Below are positions 9,408 through 17,701 of a stretch of 64,000 nucleotides of DNA, piece by piece. A program made the translations under genes and the position numbers. Each line of letters starts with the position of its first letter. Position 1 is the stretch's first letter. The notes under the pieces were generated by a model that was not told where the DNA came from, did not search any database, and was given only the letters and a program-made list of their open reading frames with translations. The stretch lies in contig JAYVQC010000135.1 in assembly GCA_043757045.1 (NCBI GenBank), forward strand, positions 11-64,010, written 5' to 3'. The DNA is from Akkermansia sp. GTDB lineage: Bacteria; Verrucomicrobiota; Verrucomicrobiia; Limisphaerales; SIBH01.

Positions 9408-9496
9408 CTGACGAGAACTCCCCCGCCATTTCCATCCGCCGCGCGCGTCACGAGCCGGTCGAGGCGGAGGCGTTGGCGGACGTGCTGATGGACTGA
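9404..9496 (+). pseudogene. Truncated duplicate of the 5' end of the GNAT acetyltransferase gene
   Basis: Encodes 'MTDENSPAISIRRARHEPVEAEALADVLMD*'. nt 9424-9492 match nt 10063-10131 of the full-length gene with 2 mismatches in 69. Homology then ends and a stop follows. Confidence 0.8.
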
Positions 9497-9526
9497 GGCA
9501 CCGCTGGCCTTTCGTCCCGAAGGGAC

Positions 9527-9965
9527 AACCGGAAATTAGCCAGACACGAAGTGTCTGGAACCGCGCCCCCAATTGAATCTTGTCCTGAAGGGACCACGGA
9601 ATTCTTCCACGCCCTCCGCCGTCCCTTCAGGACGGAAAACCGTCCGCCGCCCCCACCAGCCACTTCGTAGCTGGCTAATTTCCGAGGCCGCTTCGCGGCT
9701 CAACGGCCCGGCGGAACCAAAGCGCATCAAACGCCGACACCGCTGAAATCCGCACAGCATTTGGACTGCGGTGGCAGAGCGATAGCGGCGACACCGCTTT
9801 CGAGCGTGCGGAAAAGTTCCAAAGGGATGAAGCCTCACGCCAAGTCCGCGAAGGACGCGCAGGGGAAAAGGAGTTCTGACCTTTGCGCCCTTCGCGGACT
9901 TGGCGTGAGGCACATCTTCGCCCGGTCGAAAGCGCCGTCGCCGCTCCGCTCTGCCGGCGCAGTCC
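9527..9965. repeat. Mosaic of nested palindromic REP-like elements
   Basis: Components: ccagacacGAAgtgtctgg hairpin (about 9540-9558). cggaaattagccag (about 9527-9541) is inverted relative to ctggctaatttccg (9671-9685). Outer arms are 9763-9803 / 9925-9965. Inner arms (family F) are gcctcacgccaagtccgcgaaggacgc (9832-9865) / gcgcccttcgcggacttggcgtgaggc (9880-9911). Confidence 0.8.
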
Positions 9966-10051
9966 AAATGGTGCCCGCAAGATTCGCGCGCGGCACACGC
10001 GGCCGAACAATTTCGTGTTTCAACTCCAGCCATTCTGCTTTCTTCACGCCC

Positions 10052-10597
10052 ATGAATCCTCTCGCCATTTCCATTCGCCGCGCGCGTCACGAGCCGGTCG
10101 AGGCTGAGGCGTTGGCGGACGTGCTGATGGATTGCGTGGCGGGCGGCGCGTCCATCGGGTTCATGCAGCCGTTGTCGCGCGGAAAGGCCGTGGCGTTTTG
10201 GGAAGGCGTGCTGGCGAGCGCCGCGCGCGGTGAACGCATCGTGCTGGTGGCCGAGGACGCGGCGTCCGGCCTCGTCGGCACCGTGCAACTCCTCCTGACC
10301 ATGCCCGACAACCAGCCCCACCGTGCCGACGTGGCCAAGATGCAGGTGCATCGCCGCGCCCGCCGTCGCGGCGTCGGGGCCGCGTTGATGCGTGCCATCG
10401 AGACCGAAGCGCGTCGCGCGGGCCGCACGCTCCTCGTGCTCGACACCGTGACCGGCAGCGACGCCGAACGTTTATATTCCAGCCTCGGCTGGCAGCGCTG
10501 CGGCGTGATTCCCAACTACGCCCTCTGGCCGCAAGGCGGCCTGTGCAGCACCACGGTCTTCTACCGCGAACTGCCGCCCCAACCAGCCACTTCGTAA
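10052..10597 (+). CDS. GNAT family N-acetyltransferase
   Basis: ORF 9761..10597. ATG at 10052 gives 181 aa. 'VHRRARRRGVGAALMRAIETEARRAGRTLLVLDT' is the acetyl-CoA-binding Q/RxxGxG/A motif A region. Codons upstream of 10052 are translated repeats. Confidence 0.85.
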   Translation: MNPLAISIRRARHEPVEAEALADVLMDCVAGGASIGFMQPLSRGKAVAFWEGVLASAARGERIVLVAEDAASGLVGTVQLLLTMPDNQPHRADVAKMQVHRRARRRGVGAALMRAIETEARRAGRTLLVLDTVTGSDAERLYSSLGWQRCGVIPNYALWPQGGLCSTTVFYRELPPQPATS

Positions 10598-10626
10598 CTG
10601 GCTAATTTCCGCGCCGCTTCGCGGCC
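10574..10626. repeat. REP-like unit overlapping the GNAT stop codon (second copy at 9644-9700)
   Basis: ccgccccaaccagccacttcgtaactggctaatttccgcgccgcttcgcggcc compared with ccgccgcccccaccagccacttcgtagctggctaatttccgaggccgcttcgcggct. Confidence 0.85.
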
Positions 10627-10648
10627 TGTCCCAGCGCGGCGAATGTGG

Positions 10649-10808
10649 CGTCAGCCATCCTGGCTGACGGTGAGCCGTGGCTTCCAGCCCGGCGGAACGA
10701 GGCGTGGAAGTGAGAAGCCCGCAATTATTTCAAACCGCCTCACCATGTCCGGCATTTTTCCGGGCGGCTGGAAGCCGGCCCTCACTGGCAGGCAGGATGC
10801 CTGCCGCC
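10649..10808. repeat. REP-like hairpins (family C-like)
   Basis: cgtcagccATCCtggctgacg (10649-10669) and ggcaggcaGGAtgcctgcc (10787-10806), in the gap between the GNAT and ECF sigma genes. Confidence 0.75.
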
Positions 10809-10818
10809 ACATTTTTCG

Positions 10819-11379
10819 TCACGCCACGGCGCGGGCCTTGTTGATCTCCCGGAACAACCACGCCCGTGCGTAGGCCCAGTGGCGTTTCGCCGTCGGCCCG
10901 GAAAGGCCCAGCACGGCGGCGGCTTCGTCGGTGGTGAGTCCGGCGAAGTATTTCAGCTTCACTAATTCCGCCTTCGTCACGTCGTGCGCGGTCAGTTTTT
11001 CCAGCGCGTCATGGACGGCCAGCAATTCCTCGTCGTCGCCCGGCGCGGCAATGGAAATCTCCTCCAACGGCACCGCCTCCAGCCCGCCGCCGTGTCGCAC
11101 CGCGCGCCGCTTGCGTGCGTGATCGATGAGGATGCGACGCATGGCTTCGGCGGCGGCGGCAAAATACTGCGCGCGATTCGCCCACGGACGCGCCTTGTCG
11201 CCGCCGAGCTTCAGGTAGGCTTCATGCACGAGCGCCGTGGCCTGCAAGGTGTGGCCCGGCGACTCGCCCGCCATGCGCGCGCGGGCCAGCTTCCGCAACT
11301 CCTCATAAACCAGCGGCAGCAACTCCGCCGAGGCGCGGCCGCCATCCGCGCGATTCAGAATTTGCGTCAGGTCGTTCAT
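10819..11379 (-). CDS. ECF-type RNA polymerase sigma factor (Sigma70_ECF / TIGR02999-like)
   Basis: 186 aa, ATG at 11379-11377. 'LLPLVYEELRKLARARMAGESPGHTLQATALVHEAYLKL' and the C-terminal 'EAAAVLGLSGPTAKRHWAYARAWL' HTH are characteristic of this ECF family. Confidence 0.85.
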   Translation of the reverse strand: MNDLTQILNRADGGRASAELLPLVYEELRKLARARMAGESPGHTLQATALVHEAYLKLGGDKARPWANRAQYFAAAAEAMRRILIDHARKRRAVRHGGGLEAVPLEEISIAAPGDDEELLAVHDALEKLTAHDVTKAELVKLKYFAGLTTDEAAAVLGLSGPTAKRHWAYARAWLFREINKARAVA

Positions 11380-11409
11380 CTTCGCTTCCAGCGCGGCCGT
11401 CCGGCCCGC

Positions 11410-12936
11410 TCACACCAACGGCAGCAATTTCGACAGCACCAACACCTGCACCAAGCCCATCACCGACGTCACGGTCAGCATGACCGTCCAGCTTTTCAGC
11501 GTCTCTTTTTCCGTCATGCCGCTCAGGCGGTTCACGACCCAGAAGCCGCTGTCGTTCATCCACGAGCAGCAGAACGCGCCGAAGCCGATGGCCAGAAAGA
11601 GATACATCGGATGATACCCGAGCTTGCCGCCCATGACCGCGAGCACCTGACTCGCCGGCACGTCAGCGCCCGGATTGATCATGTCCCATAGGATGGCCGA
11701 GGTCGTGAGCATGGCCACGGTGGCCGAGCCTTGCGCGATGCGGATGACGGCGGCGGTGAGCCAGGACAGCAGCAACAAGTTGAGCGAATAGGTTTTCGCC
11801 ACCGCGCCAATCGCATCGCCCACGCCCGCGTGCCGCAACATGCCGCCAAACGCGCCGCCCGCCGCGGTGATGAGAATGATCACGCCCGCCGTCTCCAGCG
11901 GTGGTCCGAGCAACTCGCCGATTTTCGTGAACGTGAACTGCCGCTGCCGCGCCAGCACCCAGAGCGCGAGGATCGTCCCGATGCTCAACGCGATGTTCTT
12001 GTTGCCGATGAAGAAGGCGATCTTCGAGAGGCTGGCAAAGTTCTCTGCGCTGCCGAACCACGCTTCAACACTTGTCCCCTTCACGATTTTGAAAAACGAC
12101 GCGGCGCTAATCAGCGCGATGGGCAGCAGCACCGGCAGGATGCTCCAGAAGAACGAGGGCAGCGCGCTCTCGGGCTGGCTGGAGATTCCTTTCAGTTCCT
12201 CCAGCGTGGTGCCGGGCGTTTCCCGCAGCGGAATTTCCGTCCGGTTGTTCAACCAGCGCGCGATGAAGAACCCAAAGATGCACGGCAAAATTCCCGCCGT
12301 GATCCCGACCAGCAACGACAACCCGGGGTCCACGCGCAAGTTGTCCACCATCGCGAGCGGTCCGGGATGCGGCACGGTCAGCGAGTGCGTGACCACGCCG
12401 CCCATGCAGATGCACATCAGGTAGAGCATGTAGTCACGCCCGGTTCTTAAGCGCAGCGCCTTGGCCAGCGGCACCATGAGCATGAACATGGTGTCGAAAA
12501 AGATCGGGATCGAAAGAACGTAGGTGCTGGCGAGCAGCGCGAGTCCGGCCCGCTTCTCGCCGAACGCCGCGAGGAAGCGCCGCACCACCTTGTCCGCCGC
12601 GCCACTTTCCATGAGGCACAGGCCGATGATGGACGCGAGTCCGATGGAGATGGCAATGGAGCCGGCGGCCTTGCCGAATTCGATGGAGGACAATTCCACC
12701 GCCGCGACCCATGAATTAATTTTGGCATCCTCGCGCAGCGCGCCGGAGATGCTGTTGATGGCGTCGGGCTTGAATTCAAAGGTCAGAAATCCCGCCGTGA
12801 AGGCCGCGATGATGAGCGCGAGGAAGGCGTGCATCTTCAGCTTGGTGATCAGGAAAATGATCAGGGCGACGGAGATGATGAGGACGACGAATGGCCACCA
12901 TGAAGGCGCGGCTGTGGCTGCGGCGAATAGTTGCAT
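11410..12936 (-). CDS. GntP family permease (gluconate / sugar-acid:H+ symporter family)
   Basis: 508 aa and polytopic. N-terminal 'LIISVALIIFLITKLKMHAFLALIIAAFTAG' and overall pattern are typical of GntP transporters. Confidence 0.85.
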   Translation of the reverse strand: MQLFAAATAAPSWWPFVVLIISVALIIFLITKLKMHAFLALIIAAFTAGFLTFEFKPDAINSISGALREDAKINSWVAAVELSSIEFGKAAGSIAISIGLASIIGLCLMESGAADKVVRRFLAAFGEKRAGLALLASTYVLSIPIFFDTMFMLMVPLAKALRLRTGRDYMLYLMCICMGGVVTHSLTVPHPGPLAMVDNLRVDPGLSLLVGITAGILPCIFGFFIARWLNNRTEIPLRETPGTTLEELKGISSQPESALPSFFWSILPVLLPIALISAASFFKIVKGTSVEAWFGSAENFASLSKIAFFIGNKNIALSIGTILALWVLARQRQFTFTKIGELLGPPLETAGVIILITAAGGAFGGMLRHAGVGDAIGAVAKTYSLNLLLLSWLTAAVIRIAQGSATVAMLTTSAILWDMINPGADVPASQVLAVMGGKLGYHPMYLFLAIGFGAFCCSWMNDSGFWVVNRLSGMTEKETLKSWTVMLTVTSVMGLVQVLVLSKLLPLV

Positions 12937-13098
12937 AATGTGCGAGGCGTTAGTGCCGCAGAACTCGCGCGCAGGGTCAAGGCGCGGTTTGCAGAAGGCC
13001 TGATTTTAACCCGCAGCCTTGTTCACCGAACGAGGGCGCAGGAACCTGTCGACCGCGCGCGCTCCCGGCGGCTTGCGAAAGGTTTCCGGTGGTTTGCG

Positions 13099-13716
13099 TT
13101 ACTTGCGGCGGCGGAACAAGGCGAGAACACCCACACCGAGGAGACCCAGAGCGATGCTCGACGGCTCTGGAATGAATTGATGAATCTTAACTTCAAAGGC
13201 ACCCACCTGGCCTGCTCCCGTACCATACAAATTCGGCGTAGGAGTGCCTCCAATTGCTGGAGTCACAGTGCCAATCGCCGAGGAACCTAACCAAACATCA
13301 GGAACAGTAAACCCGCTGTTCCAAATGCTCTGAGCCTCTGCAAAAGTATTGTAGGCCAAGGACCAAGCACGAATCTGGAACGAGATCGGTGTCCCGGCAT
13401 TGCCCTGAATCTCAAGGTTGTTTCCTCCGTTAAACTGGCCTGCGAATGGACTAGCTTGATTGGTGGCCCAGGCCGGCCCACCACCAATGTTGTTCATCGC
13501 CAATGTCAGGTTGTTTGGGTTCAACTCGCCCGCCGCGCCAATGAACAGCCCAATCCGCAAGGGCGTGATGGAACGGTTAGCCGGCCCTATGCCGCCACCT
13601 TAAAAAACTTGATTCGTCTGAATCCCAAAACCGGCGTTGGCAAAGTTGACGCGGCCCTGAGCGAAGGCCACCAGAGGCAGGAGCAAAACGGCAGCGAGCA
13701 AGAGGAGCTTTTTCAT
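13099..13716 (-). pseudogene. PEP-CTERM protein paralog interrupted by one in-frame TAA (13602-13600)
   Basis: Signal peptide ORF 'MKKLLLLAAVLLLPLVAFAQGRVNFANAGFGIQTNQVF*' (ATG 13716). Translation continues in the same frame as 'GGGIGPANRSITPLRIGLFIG...IPEPSSIALGLLGVGVLALFRRRK'. It is colinear with the intact tandem paralog 13784..14368 across the stop. Confidence 0.65.
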
Positions 13717-13783
13717 GGGGATGTTTTGTTTTGTGTATTTCGAATGTTTGTCTGCATTTGAACCATGGTGCGGGTGGATTGCG

Positions 13784-14368
13784 TTACTTGCGACGGCGTA
13801 AGAACGCGAGGACACCCACGCCGAGGAGACCGAGGGCGATGCTCGAAGGTTCCGGAATGGAATCATAGCTTTGATAAACTTGAAAGGCACCCACTTGGCC
13901 TGCTCCCGTGCCAAACAAATTTGGGATAGGAGTGATGCCAAGCGTAGGGGTCACAGTGCCAATCGCCGAGGCACCTCTCCAAGCAGCCGGATCGATAAGA
14001 GCCTCTTCATAAGTCGTGTAGGCAAGAGACCAGGCGCGAATCTGAAACGAAATCGGGGTCCAAGCATTACCTTGAATCTGAAAGTTACTTCCTCCGTTAA
14101 ACAGACCGGCGAACGGACTGGGCTGATTGGTAGCCCAAGCCGGGCTTCCCCCCACGTTGTTCATCGCCAATGTTAGATTCTGAGGGTTCACCTCGCCAGC
14201 CGGGCCAATGAACAGACCGATCCGCAAAGGAGTCGCTGAAAAATTAGCCGGCCCCACGGACAGATTCGTCTGAATCGCATAAAGAGCGTTGGCGAAGTTG
14301 ACGCGGCCCTGGGCGAAGGCCGCCAAAGGCAGGAGCAAAACCGCAGCGAACAAGAAGAGCTTTTTCAT
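13784..14368 (-). CDS. PEP-CTERM sorting domain-containing secreted protein
   Basis: ATG at 14368 gives 'MKKLFLFAAVLLLPLAAFAQG'. The C-terminus 'IPEPSSIALGLLGVGVLAFLRRRK' is PEP motif + TM + basic tail. Confidence 0.8.
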   Translation of the reverse strand: MKKLFLFAAVLLLPLAAFAQGRVNFANALYAIQTNLSVGPANFSATPLRIGLFIGPAGEVNPQNLTLAMNNVGGSPAWATNQPSPFAGLFNGGSNFQIQGNAWTPISFQIRAWSLAYTTYEEALIDPAAWRGASAIGTVTPTLGITPIPNLFGTGAGQVGAFQVYQSYDSIPEPSSIALGLLGVGVLAFLRRRK

Positions 14369-14599
14369 GAGGATGTCTGGTTCAAAATGTTTTCCGTGGA
14401 TTGCCAATCTGAAACTTTATTTAACCAAATGAACTCCGACCGTCGAGAGCCTTTTTTCCCTTCGCCGGGGGCGTGATGTGAGGCCGGCGCACTCCACAAC
14501 CAGCACGCACAGTGGGCACGAGTCTCCAACTGCGCTCGTCGCAGGTGAGAAATCTTCCCAGCCGCCCGCCCGCTCGGCACAATTCCGGACACCTTTCAC

Positions 14600-17455
14600 A
14601 TGAGACGACTATTTTTTGCCGCCTTGCTCCTGCTCGCGGTCTTGCTCACTTGGACGAGCTGCACGCTCAGACCGCACGGCGATTCTGAAATGACCGAGAC
14701 TGTCGGTCGCCACGTCACAAACCGCATTGTCACGCCGGTCAACCAAGTGCTCACGCCGCAGGGCCGGCAGATCGAGTTGCCGAAGATGCGGCCGCAAGGG
14801 CTGGCGCTCAGTCCCGATGGCCGCTGGCTCGCGGTGTCGGGCAAGACCAGCGAACTGGTGATGGTTGATCCGCAGACGGGGAAAATTCTTCAGCATGTGA
14901 ACCTGCCGTCGGCGCAGGATCAGGAGCCGGAGCCGGACGTGGTGTCGCCGAACATCTTGGAGCCGGACAAGAAGGGGCAGTTGAGTTTCACCGGCCTGAT
15001 TTTTTCGCCGGACGGCCAGCGCATCTACCTCGCGAACGTGAATGGCGACGTGAAGGTGTTCGACGTGGGCGCGGACGGGAAAGTGACGGGCGCGTTCTCC
15101 ATTCCCCTGCCCCGCGCCACCGCGCCGAGGCGCACGAATGAGATTCCCGCCGGGCTGGCCTTGTCGCGCGATGGTCGGCGGCTCTACGTGGCGTTGAATC
15201 TTTCCAACCGGCTTGGCGAGTTCGACGCGGCGAATGGAAAACTGTTACGCCAGTGGGACGTGGGCGTCGCGCCCTACGATGTCGTGCTCGTGAGCGACAA
15301 AGCCTACGTGAGCAACTGGGGCGGACGCAGACCGGGTGCGGGCGATCTCACGGGGCCGGCGGGGCGCGGGACGACGGTGCGCGTCGATCCGGTGCGGTTT
15401 ATCGCGAACGAGGGTTCGGTGAGTGTGATTGATTTGAGGCCGGCCCGATTGAATGAACGCCCTCCCTCACCCCGGCCCTCTCCCCCGGGGAGAGGGAGAA
15501 CGGCAGCCAGCGTCTCGACCAATGAAGCCGCAGCTCATGGGGAAGCGGCGGCGAAGATTCTCCCTCTCCCTGAGGGAGAGGGCCGGGGTGAGGGGGAACG
15601 CAGCTTGAAGCCCACGGTGGAAATTCTCACCGGCCTGCACGCCTCCGCGCTCGCTGTTCATCCCAGCGGCCGATGGGTCGTTTGCGCGAACGCGGCGAGT
15701 GACAACCTCAGTGTCATTGACACGCGCACCGACACGGTCGTGGAAACAATTTGGACCAAGCAAAGTCCGACCGACCTGTTCGGCGCGTCGCCGAACGCGC
15801 TGGTCTTCGACAAGAAAGGGAAGCGGCTCTACGTCGCGAACGGAACGCAAAACGCCGTGGCCGTCATTGACTTCGATCCGGGCAAATCCAAGTTGCTCGG
15901 GCTGATTCCCGTCGGCTGGTTTCCGGGTGCCATCGCGTTCGATGCGAAACGGGATCAACTTTGCGTGGCGAACATCAAAGGCATCACGCCCGAGAAGCGG
16001 AACGTCAAAGGCACCACCGGGCGCGGCTTCAACTCACACCAGTATCACGGCTCGCTCTCGTTAGTGCCGGTGCCGGGCAAACGTGCGTTGGAAAAACTTT
16101 CCGTCGTGGTCTGGAAAAATTACCGCCGCGAGCGATTGGAAGCAGCCAAACTGCCGCCGCGTCCCAACCAGCCCGCGCGCCCGGTGCCGGAACGCATCGG
16201 CGAGCCGAGCGTGTTCAAGCACGTCGTGTACATCATCAAGGAGAACCGCACGTACGATCAGGTGCTGGGCGATGACCCGCGCGGCAACGGCGATCCCTCG
16301 CTCTGCATCTTCGGCGAGCGCATCACACCCAATCAGCACAAGATGGTGCGCGACTTCGTGCTGCTCGATAACACCTACTGCAACGGCATCCTGAGCGCGG
16401 ACGGTCATCAGTGGTCCACCACCGGTTTCGCCACCGACTACATGGAGAAATCGTTCGCCGGTTTCCCGCGCAGTTATCCCGACGGCATGGGCGAAGACGA
16501 GGCCGACGCGCTCGCGTATTCGCCGGCAGGTTTCATCTGGGACAATGCGCTCAAGCACGGCCAGACGCTGCGCAACTACGGCGAGTTCGCCGAGCCGAAG
16601 GTGACGTGGCGCAGCGGCAAAAAGGGCACGCCGGATTTCCTCTCCTGCTACCGGACGTGGACGGGCGAGAGCAATCTCGCGGTCTTCGCCAGCGCGCCGA
16701 TGATTGAATCCATCCGCCCGCATCAACCGACCAACTACGTCGGCTGGGAGATGAATGTGCCGGACCAGTATCGCGCGGACGTCATCATCCGCGAGCTGAA
16801 GGAATACGAGGAGCGCGGGGAATTTCCGAACCTCACCATCATCTGCCTGCCGAACGATCACACCAGCGGCACGAGCAAAGGTGCGCCCACGCCGGACGCC
16901 TGTGTCGCGGACAACGACCTCGCCTTTGGCCGCATCGTCGAGGCGATCAGTCACAGCAAGTTTTGGAAGGAGACGGTCATCTTCGCCATCGAGGACGACC
17001 CGCAGGATGGTTGGGATCATGTGAGCGGCTACCGCACCACGGCGTATTGCATCAGTCCCTACACGAAGCGCGGCGCAGTGGTGAAGACGCAATACAACAC
17101 GACCAGCCTGCTCCGCACGATGGAGCAAATCCTCGGGCTGCCGCCGATGAACCAGTTCGATGCCGCGGCCACGCCTATGTTCGACTGCTTCACGAACACA
17201 CCCGACTTCACGCCCTTCACTGCGTTGAAGAACAACATCCCGCTCGATCAGATGAATCCCGAGCCGAAGAAAATTTCCGACGCGTTGCTACGCAAGAACG
17301 CCGTCATCTCCGCGCGCCTGAACTTCCGCCAGGTGGACGCCGCGCCCGAGGACGTGCTGAACCGCATCCTCTGGCACGCCATGAAAGGCAGCGCCGCGCC
17401 CTACCCCGCCTGGGCCGTGCGTGCGGTGGAGGATGACGATGAGGAGAAAGATTGA
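14600..17455 (+). CDS. Bifunctional beta-propeller (YVTN/YncE-like) / phosphoesterase-family (PLC/AcpA-type) protein
   Basis: 951 aa with signal peptide 'MRRLFFAALLLLAVLLTWTSC'. Repeated 'G..LYVAN'-type propeller blades. 'FKHVVYIIKENRTYDQVLGD' and 'CLPNDHTSG' are phosphoesterase-family signatures. Confidence 0.85.
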   Translation: MRRLFFAALLLLAVLLTWTSCTLRPHGDSEMTETVGRHVTNRIVTPVNQVLTPQGRQIELPKMRPQGLALSPDGRWLAVSGKTSELVMVDPQTGKILQHVNLPSAQDQEPEPDVVSPNILEPDKKGQLSFTGLIFSPDGQRIYLANVNGDVKVFDVGADGKVTGAFSIPLPRATAPRRTNEIPAGLALSRDGRRLYVALNLSNRLGEFDAANGKLLRQWDVGVAPYDVVLVSDKAYVSNWGGRRPGAGDLTGPAGRGTTVRVDPVRFIANEGSVSVIDLRPARLNERPPSPRPSPPGRGRTAASVSTNEAAAHGEAAAKILPLPEGEGRGEGERSLKPTVEILTGLHASALAVHPSGRWVVCANAASDNLSVIDTRTDTVVETIWTKQSPTDLFGASPNALVFDKKGKRLYVANGTQNAVAVIDFDPGKSKLLGLIPVGWFPGAIAFDAKRDQLCVANIKGITPEKRNVKGTTGRGFNSHQYHGSLSLVPVPGKRALEKLSVVVWKNYRRERLEAAKLPPRPNQPARPVPERIGEPSVFKHVVYIIKENRTYDQVLGDDPRGNGDPSLCIFGERITPNQHKMVRDFVLLDNTYCNGILSADGHQWSTTGFATDYMEKSFAGFPRSYPDGMGEDEADALAYSPAGFIWDNALKHGQTLRNYGEFAEPKVTWRSGKKGTPDFLSCYRTWTGESNLAVFASAPMIESIRPHQPTNYVGWEMNVPDQYRADVIIRELKEYEERGEFPNLTIICLPNDHTSGTSKGAPTPDACVADNDLAFGRIVEAISHSKFWKETVIFAIEDDPQDGWDHVSGYRTTAYCISPYTKRGAVVKTQYNTTSLLRTMEQILGLPPMNQFDAAATPMFDCFTNTPDFTPFTALKNNIPLDQMNPEPKKISDALLRKNAVISARLNFRQVDAAPEDVLNRILWHAMKGSAAPYPAWAVRAVEDDDEEKD
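15460..15596. repeat. Palindromic REP/MITE-like element (family E) inserted in frame inside the phosphoesterase CDS
   Basis: Left arm ccctccctcaccccggccctctccc..ggggagagggagaa (15460-15500). Right arm ttctccctctccctgagggagagggccggggtgaggggg (15558-15596). Translated as 'PPSPRPSPPGRGR...LPLPEGEGRGEGE'. Confidence 0.85.
17355..17442. repeat. Left copy of an 88-bp direct repeat (right copy 22087-22174)
   Basis: 4 mismatches in 88 nt. The left copy is the authentic 3' end of the phosphoesterase CDS ('VLNRILWHAMKGSAAPYPAWAVRAVEDDD'). Confidence 0.9.
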
Positions 17456-17615
17456 AGAGGCTTTCGGGACCAAACCATCGGGAAATATCTTGAAACCACG
17501 CGAGGAAGGGAGCTTCATTCCCCCCGTCTGCTGGAACTCGGTATGTCATAAAAAACTAATCACAAACTTTTGCGGCTTCGGCTGCGGCTCGACACGAAAC
17601 TGGTACTTTCACTTA

Positions 17616-17666
17616 CGAGAGCGCAAACGAGGCACGCCGCATCGGGCGTGCCCCAAAGCGTTCTCG
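17616..17666. other. Long imperfect hairpin (candidate structured RNA or terminator) upstream of the 36-nt repeats
   Basis: cgagagcgc-aaacga-ggcacgcc-GCATC-ggcgtgcc-ccaaa-gcgttctcg. It has an 8-bp inner stem, a 9-bp outer stem (one G.T) and symmetrical internal loops. Confidence 0.5.
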
Positions 17667-17701
17667 TAAGGGCATACCAGTGCCTGTGTTGGGGCGTGAG
17701 T

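Noticed and set aside
8790..9500. Annotating the lower-GC islet, or the 54-64 kb island, as a mobile element
   Set aside because: No integrase, transposase, tRNA target or terminal repeats were recognised. Only composition and the GNAT duplication scar support foreign origin, so they are reported as findings rather than mobile_element features.
9761..10051. N-terminal extension of the GNAT ORF (and the analogous extensions 5970-6134, 38139-38420, 26732-26842)
   Set aside because: The extra codons are translations of palindromic repeat elements. Internal ATGs give proper N-termini or signal peptides.
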